Assembly: GCA_944384155.1 (NCBI GenBank)
Contig: CALWSG010000006.1
Location: forward strand, 2,649 to 66,648
Source: an uncultured Lachnospiraceae bacterium
GTDB lineage: Bacteria > Bacillota > Clostridia > Lachnospirales > Lachnospiraceae
Length of the DNA: 64,000 nt
Direction of reading: 5' to 3'
The notes under the pieces were generated by a model that was not told the origin of the DNA, ran no database searches, and saw only the letters and a list, made by a program, of their open reading frames with translations. The translations under genes were made by a program, and so were the position numbers. Within the stretch, counting starts at the first letter, position 1. Each line of letters starts with the position of its first letter. Below are positions 20,059 to 28,758 of this stretch, in pieces.

Positions 20059-21542
20059 CATCTATAGCAAAAAAGAAAAGAAATAACATAATAATCATGG
20101 GGGCAGTTGTTGTTATACTTATGGCAGCACTTATAGCTGTAAAGATAGCAGGCAGTGATAGTGAGGTTGAGACAGAGGAATATACATATGCCCTGACAAC
20201 TCTTAAGTCGGGTCAGATTTCCTCTATATCATACACATACAGTGACGGCTCAAGTGCCTCGTATAAATATGCAGACGGACAGTGGTATAATGGAGATGAC
20301 AGTGAGTTTCCGCTTTCCTCAAGCGGATTTGAGAATCAGTTTGTGGCTTCATTTGTGGAGCTTACGTCCTCAAGAAAGCTTACGGAATATGAGGGAGGCA
20401 TAGAAGCACTGGGACTTGACAATCCGGAGCTTACTGTTACCGTTACGGGCAATGACAGCGTATCCACAGTATACAAGGTAGGCAATTACAATCCTACAAT
20501 AGGTGAATATTATCTGATGATAAATGAAGATAAGGATAATATATATATGATAACAGACGACTTAATGTATATATGCAGAAAGGATATATATGATTATGCC
20601 ACTGTAGATGCATTCCCAACATATTCTCTTGATACAATGGACTATATGGAGTTTGTGTCAGGAGACAGCAAATCCACTCTTTTGTATAGGGAAGAGGGAA
20701 TAGAGGAGGATATTACGGGATACGGCTGGAGTTGGTTTTTTCAACAGCCTTTCAGCCATGCAATGCCATGTGAAACAAGTAAAATGGATACCATGCTGGA
20801 GGATGTTCTTCCCCTTTGCGAATATATAAAGACAGTAAATTATAAGGCAAATAGCGAAGAATTAAAGGAATATGGTCTTGATAATCCGAGAGGAAGCTAC
20901 AGCATATATTTTGACGAGACAGATGATGACGGAAATATTGTTAATTGCAGTATTACAGTTTATATAGGAAATCCCAGTGATGAGGAAGGGGGATATTATA
21001 CAAGGGAGGTAAAAAGAGTAGGCCTTACACAGGATAACTCAGGAGTTGTAAGAATTTTATCCTCAAGCGGAGCGGAAGCACTTCTTGGTATAAATCCTTT
21101 AGATTATATATTGTCAAATGTGCTGTTTCTTGAGATTGAAGACATTAACGGTTCTACCATTAAGTTTAATACACAGGAGGGAGAGTATACTTTTTCTTAC
21201 GAGGATGGAGATGAGTCAACCCTTTCCGATGATGTGTATAAAATGGGAGAGACTGTTATAGATTCTGAAGGATTTAGAAGTCTGTGGAATAAAATGGTTT
21301 CCATAAATCCGGAAAGAATTATTACAGATAAGTCAACTGTTAAGTCAGATGAGCCTGTTTATACCATTATGGCTGACAGAATTGAGGATGATTATTACGG
21401 TGATATAACCGTGAAATTTATTAAGTATGACTCAAATTATTATCAGGTGGAAATAAATGGTGTGACAGATTTTCTGATGAGAATAAGAGATGTAGATGAA
21501 TTTTTTGGAGAACTTGACGAGTATGCATCAGAATATAAATAA
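20055..21542 (+). CDS. DUF4340-like membrane-anchored extracellular protein
   Basis: Single N-terminal TM; repeated 'LGLDNP'/'YGLDNP' motifs; start overlaps upstream stop (ATGA). Confidence 0.7.
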   Translation: MTSIAKKKRNNIIIMGAVVVILMAALIAVKIAGSDSEVETEEYTYALTTLKSGQISSISYTYSDGSSASYKYADGQWYNGDDSEFPLSSSGFENQFVASFVELTSSRKLTEYEGGIEALGLDNPELTVTVTGNDSVSTVYKVGNYNPTIGEYYLMINEDKDNIYMITDDLMYICRKDIYDYATVDAFPTYSLDTMDYMEFVSGDSKSTLLYREEGIEEDITGYGWSWFFQQPFSHAMPCETSKMDTMLEDVLPLCEYIKTVNYKANSEELKEYGLDNPRGSYSIYFDETDDDGNIVNCSITVYIGNPSDEEGGYYTREVKRVGLTQDNSGVVRILSSSGAEALLGINPLDYILSNVLFLEIEDINGSTIKFNTQEGEYTFSYEDGDESTLSDDVYKMGETVIDSEGFRSLWNKMVSINPERIITDKSTVKSDEPVYTIMADRIEDDYYGDITVKFIKYDSNYYQVEINGVTDFLMRIRDVDEFFGELDEYASEYK

Positions 21543-21575
21543 ATTTTTCTCAGAAAAATTAAAAGAATAAAAAAA

Positions 21576-21622
21576 CTCCTTCCGGAAATACTAATAGCAT
21601 ACTAAAATATTTTTGGAAGGAG
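21576..21622 (+). promoter_or_regulatory. Inverted repeat pairing with the downstream RBS and enclosing a CATACTA sporulation-type -10
   Basis: CTCCTTCC (21576-21583) is the exact complement of GGAAGGAG (21615-21622); GGAAATA/TATTTTT extend the stem; CATACTA at 21598-21604 in the loop. Confidence 0.55.
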
Positions 21623-21632
21623 ATTTTGTATT

Positions 21633-21908
21633 ATGAAGAAAATTAAGCTTTTAGGTTTATGTATTATTATGGTGGCGGCTATGGGACTTGCAGCAGGCTG
21701 TACATCAGGAAATGATGAGAAAAATGATAACAACAGCACCAATGTTACGGATGATAACAATAATGGAACCAATAATAATGATGATGGCATGATAGATAAT
21801 ATCGGAGATGATATTGAGAGCGGAATTGATGATATTGGAGACGATTTAGACGGTAACGGTAACAATGACAATAACAATAATAATAATGAAACTGATACAA
21901 ACAGGTAA
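21633..21908 (+). CDS. Small Asn/Asp-rich lipoprotein, hypothetical
   Basis: Signal peptide ending in lipobox LAAGC; low-complexity N/D body; strong RBS and own terminator. Confidence 0.75.
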   Translation: MKKIKLLGLCIIMVAAMGLAAGCTSGNDEKNDNNSTNVTDDNNNGTNNNDDGMIDNIGDDIESGIDDIGDDLDGNGNNDNNNNNNETDTNR

Positions 21909-21913
21909 GTCAT

Positions 21914-21948
21914 AAGGCAGATGTCACATTTTGGCATCTGCCTTTTTT
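21914..21948. terminator. Terminator between lipoprotein gene and convergent lgt-like gene
   Basis: AAGGCAGATGTC / GGCATCTGCCTT stem followed by a T run. Confidence 0.8.
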
Positions 21949-22718
21949 GCAAGCTGTATTATGGTTAATCCTATGGGAAAAAGAATAACACTAATCCATT
22001 GTGAGGTTGATAATCCAAGGAGCATTCCTCTTACAATATCACCTCGCAAAAATTCAAGAAAAAATCTGATTATGCTGTAGCATACAAGGTATATTCCAAA
22101 AGACCTTCCGCAGGCAGGAGCTTTCTTTTTAGTATAAATAAACAGGAAAATAAACAGCATAAAGTTCAGAAAAGCTTCTGCAAGCTGAACGGGAAATCTT
22201 GGAACAAGGTTAAGCTCAGGAGAAAGAGGATTATATGGAAAGGATACAGCCATAAATCCGTGGTATTCTATTCCATAGCAGCAGCCGCCAAAAAAGCAGC
22301 CTATACGCCCAAAGCTGTGTGCAAAGGGAATAAGGGGTGTCAGTATATTTAACATTGAACCTTTATCAAAGCCAAAGGCCTTGCAAAAGATTAGAATTCC
22401 CATAACTGCACCTATAAGTCCTCCGTAAAACACATATCCCCCAAAAAGGTATGAAAGCTTTTGAGAAATATTATATTGTGAAATCAGGCGGTCATAATCC
22501 ATAATAAAGGAAGGAAGCTTTGTCGCCATATATAAGACCTTCGCTCCAATAAGCAGGCCGGCAGCGGCAAAGGTGCCTGAGCATAGTATATATTTTCCGT
22601 TAATACCGTATTGTTTTCCCAGTGAAGAGCATATGAAAAGTCCCGCTATATATGATATGAAAATAATTATACCGTAGACGGGAAGCTCCAAATCTCCAAT
22701 ATAAATGTATGGCTGCAT
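21924..22718 (-). CDS. Prolipoprotein diacylglyceryl transferase family protein (divergent GCCYG subtype)
   Basis: YGGLIG, GRIGCFFGGCCYG, YSIIRFFLEFLRGD; multi-TM. Start moved to ATG 22718 (GGAG RBS). Confidence 0.85.
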   Translation of the reverse strand: MQPYIYIGDLELPVYGIIIFISYIAGLFICSSLGKQYGINGKYILCSGTFAAAGLLIGAKVLYMATKLPSFIMDYDRLISQYNISQKLSYLFGGYVFYGGLIGAVMGILIFCKAFGFDKGSMLNILTPLIPFAHSFGRIGCFFGGCCYGIEYHGFMAVSFPYNPLSPELNLVPRFPVQLAEAFLNFMLFIFLFIYTKKKAPACGRSFGIYLVCYSIIRFFLEFLRGDIVRGMLLGLSTSQWISVILFPIGLTIIQLAKKADAKM

Positions 22719-22801
22719 AAAATCTCCATTCGTATGTGTATTTATCATACATTTTATCACATATGGGAGAAAAGTAATATTAAAAAGATATAAATATTAC
22801 T

Positions 22802-23563
22802 TTATGTTGTTATGAAGGTAGTATATCCGTCATTTCTGAGGCGGTTTTCCATTGCAACGGCATTTGCAAGGTTTGCAAATGCACCTACCTGAACCTTGTA
22901 TAAGCCATTAGAGCTTACCACGTAGGCAGGATAGCCGCTGTTATTAAGTCGTGAGGAAAGTGCAGACGCAGTCTCCATACTGTCAAATGCACCTACCTGT
23001 ACTCTGTACAGAGGCGTTTCGTTTAATTCACCCATATCAAGTGTATCAAGTATTCCGTTGGCTATTGCCTCTGCAATTTCGTTAAATTGTGCATCAAATT
23101 TTTCATTGTCATTTACATTATCTATAAAGCCCGCCTCAACTAATATGGCAGGCATTTTGGTACGTCTTAATACTACAAGATTAGGCCGCTCAATAACGCC
23201 TCTGTTGACAAAGCCAAGAGCCTCAAGATTTTCATTTATATTTCTTGCCATTTCTGCCTTTATTCCGCTGTCATTAAATACAAGAGTTTCTATTCCCGTA
23301 GCTGCATTTGGCGTACCCGTTGCATTTCGGTGAAGTGATACAAAGAAATCGGCATCAGCATTATTTCCCATAGTGGCTTTTTCATATGGTGTGTTGTATA
23401 CATCAGTGGTTCTGGTATATTCCACATCTATACCGGCATTTTCAAGAATTTGTCCAACGGCAAATGCAAGATTAAGAACGTCATCCTTTTCTTTTCTTCC
23501 GTTAAATGAAGCACCCCAGTCTGAGCCTCCATGCCCCGGATCAATTACAATTTTATATGCCAT
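22802..23563 (-). CDS. N-acetylmuramoyl-L-alanine amidase (Amidase_3) with C-terminal SPOR repeats, CwlC-like
   Basis: IDPGHGG, SLHRNA, ILVEAGF; two YRVQVGAF/YKVQVGAF SPOR repeats; no signal peptide. Confidence 0.92.
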   Translation of the reverse strand: MAYKIVIDPGHGGSDWGASFNGRKEKDDVLNLAFAVGQILENAGIDVEYTRTTDVYNTPYEKATMGNNADADFFVSLHRNATGTPNAATGIETLVFNDSGIKAEMARNINENLEALGFVNRGVIERPNLVVLRRTKMPAILVEAGFIDNVNDNEKFDAQFNEIAEAIANGILDTLDMGELNETPLYRVQVGAFDSMETASALSSRLNNSGYPAYVVSSNGLYKVQVGAFANLANAVAMENRLRNDGYTTFITT

Positions 23564-23599
23564 AAATACCTCACACTGTTTATTATAATATTTCTATAT

Positions 23600-23627
23600 A
23601 TTGTATGCGTGGTTTAAATGTCAGGTT
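23600..23627 (-). promoter_or_regulatory. Putative sigma-K/sigma-E-type sporulation promoter of the amidase
   Basis: Minus strand AACC-N16-CATACAAT matches the mACm-N16-CATA---T pattern. Confidence 0.5.
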
Positions 23628-23715
23628 ACAGGTTTTTTGAATAAAACAGTTGATTTTTACCATGAAAATTAGTATATTTAATCATAATGCATTAAGCTAC
23701 GAAAGGAATAAAAGT

Positions 23716-25482
23716 ATGAAGAAGTTATTGGATATAATGACAGATGAATTTGCAAAGGCTTTTAAGGAAGCAGGATATGACGAAAAATATGCAAGAGTAT
23801 CTGTATCTAATAGACCTGATTTATGTGAATATCAGTGTAATGGCGCCATGGCGGCGGCAAAGGAATATAAAAAAGCTCCCTTTGTAATAGCAGAAGACAT
23901 AGCAGAAAAAATAAAGGGCAATTTTATGTTTAAAAGTGTGGAGGCAGTAAAGCCGGGATTTATTAATATAATTATAAGTGAGGATATGATTGCCGGATAC
24001 ATAGAAAAAATGGCAGATGACGAAAAGCTGGGATACGAATGTGATAATCAAAAGACTGTTATTATAGATTACGGCGGACCCAATGTTGCAAAGCCTCTCC
24101 ATGTGGGGCATCTTCGTTCGGCTATCATAGGCGAAAGTCTTAAGAGAATGTTTAGATTTGCAGGGAATAAGGTAATAGGTGATGCACATCTTGGGGACTG
24201 GGGTCTTCAGATGGGGCTTATAATAGAACAGCTTCATGACAATAAGCCGGAGCTTCCTTATTTTGATGAAGCATATGCAGGGGAATATCCAAAGGAGCCG
24301 CCATTTACATTATCAGAGCTTGAACAGATATATCCTGAGGCAAGTGCACGTTCAAAGACAGATGAGGAGTTTAAGGAGAGAGCACAGTCAGCAACCTTCA
24401 AGCTGCAAAAGGGATATAAGCCATACCGGGCATTGTGGCAGCATATAATAAATATATCTGTGGAAGATCTTAAGAAAAATTATAGGAATCTCAATGTGGA
24501 ATTTGACTTATGGAACGGTGAAAGCGATGTTGAAGAATATATAGATGATATGGTTGCGGATTTTGAAAAGAAGGGGCTTGCCCATGAAAGTCAGGGAGCC
24601 TTGGTAGTGGACGTAAAGGAGGAAACAGATACAAAGGAAATACCTCCATGTATTATTAAGAAATCCGATGGAGCTGCACTGTACGCAACAACAGACCTTG
24701 CCACAATTCTTATGAGAGTAAAGGATTATAATCCTGACCAAATTATATATGTTGTAGACAAGCGTCAGGAAATGCATTTTGTGCAGGTGTTTAGGGCAGC
24801 CAAAAAGGCAGGAATCAGCGGAAATGCACAGTTTACCTTCCAAGGCTTCGGAACGATGAACGGAAAGGACGGAAAGCCGTTTAAAACAATAGAGGGCGGT
24901 GTTATGCGTCTTAAAACACTTATATCTGAAATAAACGGAGCAGTTTATAATAAAATAATGGATAACCGTCAGGCGTCAGAGGAGGAGGCAGAAAAAATTG
25001 CTAAAATAGTAGGGCTGGCAGCGATAAAGTACGGCGATTTATCTAATCAGGCGTCAAAGGATTACGTGTTTGATATTGACAGGTTCACATCCTTTGAGGG
25101 AAATACGGGACCGTATATTCTTTATACTATTGTGAGAATAAAGTCAATTATGGAAAAGTATAAGGAGATGGGAAAGGACAGCGGTAAATTTGGAGGAAGG
25201 CTTAACCACAGCCAGGGTGAAAGTGAAAAGCAGCTTATGATAGAGCTTTCAAGGTTTAATGATATGATGGAGGGTGCTTATGAGGAAATGGCACCTCACA
25301 GAATATGTGCATATATATATGATTTGTCAAATGCTTTTAATAAGTTTTACCATGAGAATAAAATTATAGCAGAGGAAAACGAAGAAAAGCAGGCAGGTTA
25401 TATAAGGCTGCTGGAGGTGACAAGAAAAACTCTTGAAACCTCAATAGATATACTGGGCTTTTCGGCGCCGGACCGCATGTAG
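23716..25482 (+). CDS. argS: Arginine--tRNA ligase
   Basis: IDYGGPNVAKPLHVGHLRS (HIGH-like), GDWGLQMG, FEGNTGPYILY, DALR-type C-terminus. Start moved to ATG 23716. Confidence 0.96.
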   Translation: MKKLLDIMTDEFAKAFKEAGYDEKYARVSVSNRPDLCEYQCNGAMAAAKEYKKAPFVIAEDIAEKIKGNFMFKSVEAVKPGFINIIISEDMIAGYIEKMADDEKLGYECDNQKTVIIDYGGPNVAKPLHVGHLRSAIIGESLKRMFRFAGNKVIGDAHLGDWGLQMGLIIEQLHDNKPELPYFDEAYAGEYPKEPPFTLSELEQIYPEASARSKTDEEFKERAQSATFKLQKGYKPYRALWQHIINISVEDLKKNYRNLNVEFDLWNGESDVEEYIDDMVADFEKKGLAHESQGALVVDVKEETDTKEIPPCIIKKSDGAALYATTDLATILMRVKDYNPDQIIYVVDKRQEMHFVQVFRAAKKAGISGNAQFTFQGFGTMNGKDGKPFKTIEGGVMRLKTLISEINGAVYNKIMDNRQASEEEAEKIAKIVGLAAIKYGDLSNQASKDYVFDIDRFTSFEGNTGPYILYTIVRIKSIMEKYKEMGKDSGKFGGRLNHSQGESEKQLMIELSRFNDMMEGAYEEMAPHRICAYIYDLSNAFNKFYHENKIIAEENEEKQAGYIRLLEVTRKTLETSIDILGFSAPDRM

Positions 25483-25488
25483 GCATAC

Positions 25489-25517
25489 TTGAATTATTAA
25501 CTTATATGTATTATAAT
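25489..25517 (+). promoter_or_regulatory. sigma-A-type promoter for 96-aa gene
   Basis: TTGAAT-N17-TATAAT. Confidence 0.6.
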
Positions 25518-25565
25518 GTAAGCATTGATAAATAACTTAAGAAACAAAGAAAGAGGTATTATATA

Positions 25566-25856
25566 ATGAGTCAGGAGAAAGTTAATCGCTATAAGGAAGA
25601 AAAGGCAAACAGAAAAAAGAATCTTGTAAAGCAAAAGCAGCAGAAAACTCTTAAGGCAATAGGAGGGGTTCTTGGAAGCATACTTTTAATAGTGGCAATT
25701 ATATTTTCAGCAAAGCTTTTAAGAGGAGATTTTAATAAGGAGGAGCCATCATCATACTCTGAGGAATATCTGCAGCAGATTAGAGATTTGATGGGAGTGA
25801 CAACATCAAGTGATACAGAGAGTGGAGAGAACGAGACAACAACACCTGCACAGTAA
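25566..25856 (+). CDS. Small single-TM hypothetical protein
   Basis: AGAGG RBS, own promoter and terminator; basic N-terminus, one TM helix, acidic/Thr-rich tail. Confidence 0.7.
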   Translation: MSQEKVNRYKEEKANRKKNLVKQKQQKTLKAIGGVLGSILLIVAIIFSAKLLRGDFNKEEPSSYSEEYLQQIRDLMGVTTSSDTESGENETTTPAQ

Positions 25857-25880
25857 AATTATTTTTATATAAAGTAATAA

Positions 25881-25913
25881 AAAATACAGCAGTTTTTAAT
25901 ACTGCTGTATTTT
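25881..25913. terminator. Bidirectional terminator
   Basis: Perfect 13-bp arms AAAATACAGCAGT / ACTGCTGTATTTT between convergent genes. Confidence 0.8.
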
Positions 25914-27503
25914 ATTTGTCAGGTTATTTATAAGTGTTTCGTACTTTATTAAGTCCTTGTTGCTGAGTCCATCACTGCTCTTGATAAGCTCCAGAAGATT
26001 CTCGGCAGCAATAACAGCACGTCTGTAGCAGTCATTTTTCTGCTTAATCATAGGCTTAGGCTTTGCTTTTAAGGTTGAGTTTCCTTCTGTCAGAACTTCG
26101 CCTGTAATTAAATCCACCGTACCACCGCTGTATGGTGCAAATGCAGGTATGCCAAAGGTATCAGTTACAAGCTTTGCAAATTGGTCTGTCACCGTATCCT
26201 CACCGTGAACCACAAATACTTTTGAAGGCTTTTGGTTCATGGCACCTATCCAGTTTATAAGACCGTCCTTGTCGGCATGACCGCTTATGCCATGAAGTGT
26301 AAGGATTTTGGCATGTACCTGAATAACCTCTCCAAATAGTCTTACTGATTCCGCACCGTCAATAAGCTTTCGTCCCAAGGTTCCCACGGCCTGATATCCG
26401 GCAAATAAAATGGTGGAATCAGCTCTCCAAAGATTATGCTTGAGGTGGTGGCGTATACGTCCTGCCTCGCACATGCCTGATGCAGAAATTATAACCTTTG
26501 GTCTTGTATCCTCATTTATAAGCTTTGATTCATCGCTTGTGGTGGTGGTTATAAGTCCTTTAAACATAAGAGGATTTATTCCCCGGGATATTAACGCAAG
26601 TGCCTCCTCATCAAAACAGGAGGCTCTGTTTTTGTTAAATATATGAGTGGATTCTATAGCAAGAGGGCTGTCTACATATACAAGAAAATCACTGTATTCA
26701 GGCAGAAGATTGTTTTCCTTTATCTCTCGTAAAAAATAAAGAATTTCCTGGGTTCTGCCAACGGCAAAGGAAGGAATAACAAGATTGCCCCCTCTGTCAA
26801 AGGTATCCTTTAATATTGCCAAAAGCTCTTTTATATAGTCGATTCTTTCACTTCCGTGAAGTCGGTTGCCATAGGTGGATTCAATTACAAGATAATCTCC
26901 TCCGGATACGGGAGAAGGGTCTTTTAAAATAGGCTGATTAATATTTCCAATGTCACCGGAAAATACAATTTTTCTTTCTTCGTCACCTTCTCTAAGCCAT
27001 ATTTCTATGGCAGATGAGCCTAACAGATGTCCAACGTCTGTGAACCGGACAGATATGTTGTCTGTGACAGTTACTTTCTCATTATAATCACAGGGATGGA
27101 AAAGTGAAATGGCAGTTTCTGCATCCTCCATTGTATAGAGAGGCTCATACATTGGTTTATCGGCTCGTTTTGCCTTACGGTTTCGCCATTGTGCCTCAAA
27201 CTCCTGTATGTGAGCACTGTCCTTAAGCATAATTGAACATAAATCAGCAGTTGCAAAGGTTGAAATAATATTGCCTGAAAATCCGTTTTTGCACAGTAAA
27301 GGAATAAGACCTGAGTGGTCAATATGTGCGTGAGTTAAAAAAACAAAATCAATGTCAGACGGTTTTACTGAAAGCTTCTGATTTTCATATAAGTCAGGTC
27401 CCTGCTCCATTCCGCAGTCAACTAAAAAATGTCTGTCACCGACAGTAATCATATGGCAGCTTCCGGTTACCTCATGAGCTGCTCCCCAAAACGTTAATTT
27501 CAT
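25896..27503 (-). CDS. Beta-CASP metallo-beta-lactamase-fold RNA-metabolising hydrolase
   Basis: GAAHEVTGS, THAHIDHSG, SGDIG, ESTYG, AVGRTQE, SGHAD. Start moved to ATG 27503. Confidence 0.92.
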   Translation of the reverse strand: MKLTFWGAAHEVTGSCHMITVGDRHFLVDCGMEQGPDLYENQKLSVKPSDIDFVFLTHAHIDHSGLIPLLCKNGFSGNIISTFATADLCSIMLKDSAHIQEFEAQWRNRKAKRADKPMYEPLYTMEDAETAISLFHPCDYNEKVTVTDNISVRFTDVGHLLGSSAIEIWLREGDEERKIVFSGDIGNINQPILKDPSPVSGGDYLVIESTYGNRLHGSERIDYIKELLAILKDTFDRGGNLVIPSFAVGRTQEILYFLREIKENNLLPEYSDFLVYVDSPLAIESTHIFNKNRASCFDEEALALISRGINPLMFKGLITTTTSDESKLINEDTRPKVIISASGMCEAGRIRHHLKHNLWRADSTILFAGYQAVGTLGRKLIDGAESVRLFGEVIQVHAKILTLHGISGHADKDGLINWIGAMNQKPSKVFVVHGEDTVTDQFAKLVTDTFGIPAFAPYSGGTVDLITGEVLTEGNSTLKAKPKPMIKQKNDCYRRAVIAAENLLELIKSSDGLSNKDLIKYETLINNLTNKIQQY

Positions 27504-27718
27504 ATCTATACCCTGCCTTTCTGTACGCTGCCAATTTATACACGAAACCATTGTTATGAGCAGGTACAATATTATATGTATTATTCTATTACTATTTTAA
27601 GTGTTTGTAAAGACTGTACGGCTATTTAAAAGTAGACAAAAACAGCAAAAAGGTGTTATACTAAAAAGACCTAAAGGGCAGTGCCATGCTCTATAAATGA
27701 TTTAGAATGGAGAATTAT

Positions 27719-28744
27719 ATGGATAAGGGTGACATACATATTAAAAGCAGTATTGTACATATACTGGATTCAACAGTAGGTATGCCGGTGATGTCTGACG
27801 GGTGTCTTGAGTCCGGCTCAGATGCCTTGGATTTTATAAGGGAGCATATATATCGTACTTTGACAAGTGATGACATTAAAAAGTGCAGATTTATAGAGGA
27901 TGAGTCTCAGGTATTTAAATATATTGAAGAATTTAAAGAAGAGGCCTGTGATTTTATAAATTTGTCCAAAAAGGCAGCAGAAATCTTATATGGGATAATG
28001 AACAGCAATATAGATATACCGTCAGGAGATTTGTTTGTTGTATTGTTCCGGATAAATGGAATGGAGCAGCTTGCATTTTTGAAAATGAATTTTAAGGAGT
28101 CATATACACATATGACTGTGAGCGGTCAGGAGGGAAATATAAATACTATAATGAAATACCGTTCAATACTGCCGGGAGGTACGGGAAAGTTAAGCGAGGC
28201 GGCGGTTATAGGGCTTGATGATATGAGAATAAGGCTTATAGAAAAGAAATATGACATCAATGGGCAAAAGATAAATTATTTTTCAAAGATGTTTTTAAAC
28301 TGTGCTTCACAGCTTTCTCCAAAGGCAAAGCTGTCCATTGTGGAAAAGGCGGTTGAGTCGGTTCAAAAGGAATATTTTAATGAGTCTGAACAGTTTGAGG
28401 AGAGAATGAAGGCAAAAAGTGTTATTCATAACGAAATATCCGGTCAGGGTTCCATAAGTATTCCGGAGGTGGCTGCAAAGATATTTGAGGATAAAGCTGA
28501 TTTAAAGGAAAAATTTAAGGAAAAGATTGAAAAATACAATATTGATGAAAAAGAGCCTATAGAGCCTAAAAATGAAGCGACTACAAGAAAATACGGAAAG
28601 CAGTATTTAACTACAGACACAGGCATAGAGATAAAAATACCAATGGAGCAGTATAACAGCACTGATACAATAGAGTTTCTTACTAATCAGGATGGAACAA
28701 TATCCGTACTTATAAAAAATATCGGTCATATCACTTCAAAGTAG
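27719..28744 (+). CDS. Nucleoid-associated protein (37-kDa NAP/YejK-like)
   Basis: 'IVHILD' N-terminus, GDLFVV, LAFLKMN, YFSKMFLNC pattern recalled for clostridial nucleoid-associated proteins. Confidence 0.7.
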   Translation: MDKGDIHIKSSIVHILDSTVGMPVMSDGCLESGSDALDFIREHIYRTLTSDDIKKCRFIEDESQVFKYIEEFKEEACDFINLSKKAAEILYGIMNSNIDIPSGDLFVVLFRINGMEQLAFLKMNFKESYTHMTVSGQEGNINTIMKYRSILPGGTGKLSEAAVIGLDDMRIRLIEKKYDINGQKINYFSKMFLNCASQLSPKAKLSIVEKAVESVQKEYFNESEQFEERMKAKSVIHNEISGQGSISIPEVAAKIFEDKADLKEKFKEKIEKYNIDEKEPIEPKNEATTRKYGKQYLTTDTGIEIKIPMEQYNSTDTIEFLTNQDGTISVLIKNIGHITSK

Positions 28745-28758
28745 TAAAGGAAAAGGAA

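Noticed and set aside
21720-21900. AAT/GAT/AAC-rich repeats as CRISPR or VNTR
   Set aside because: Imperfect codon-level low complexity inside a lipoprotein ORF; no constant repeat-spacer structure and no cas genes.
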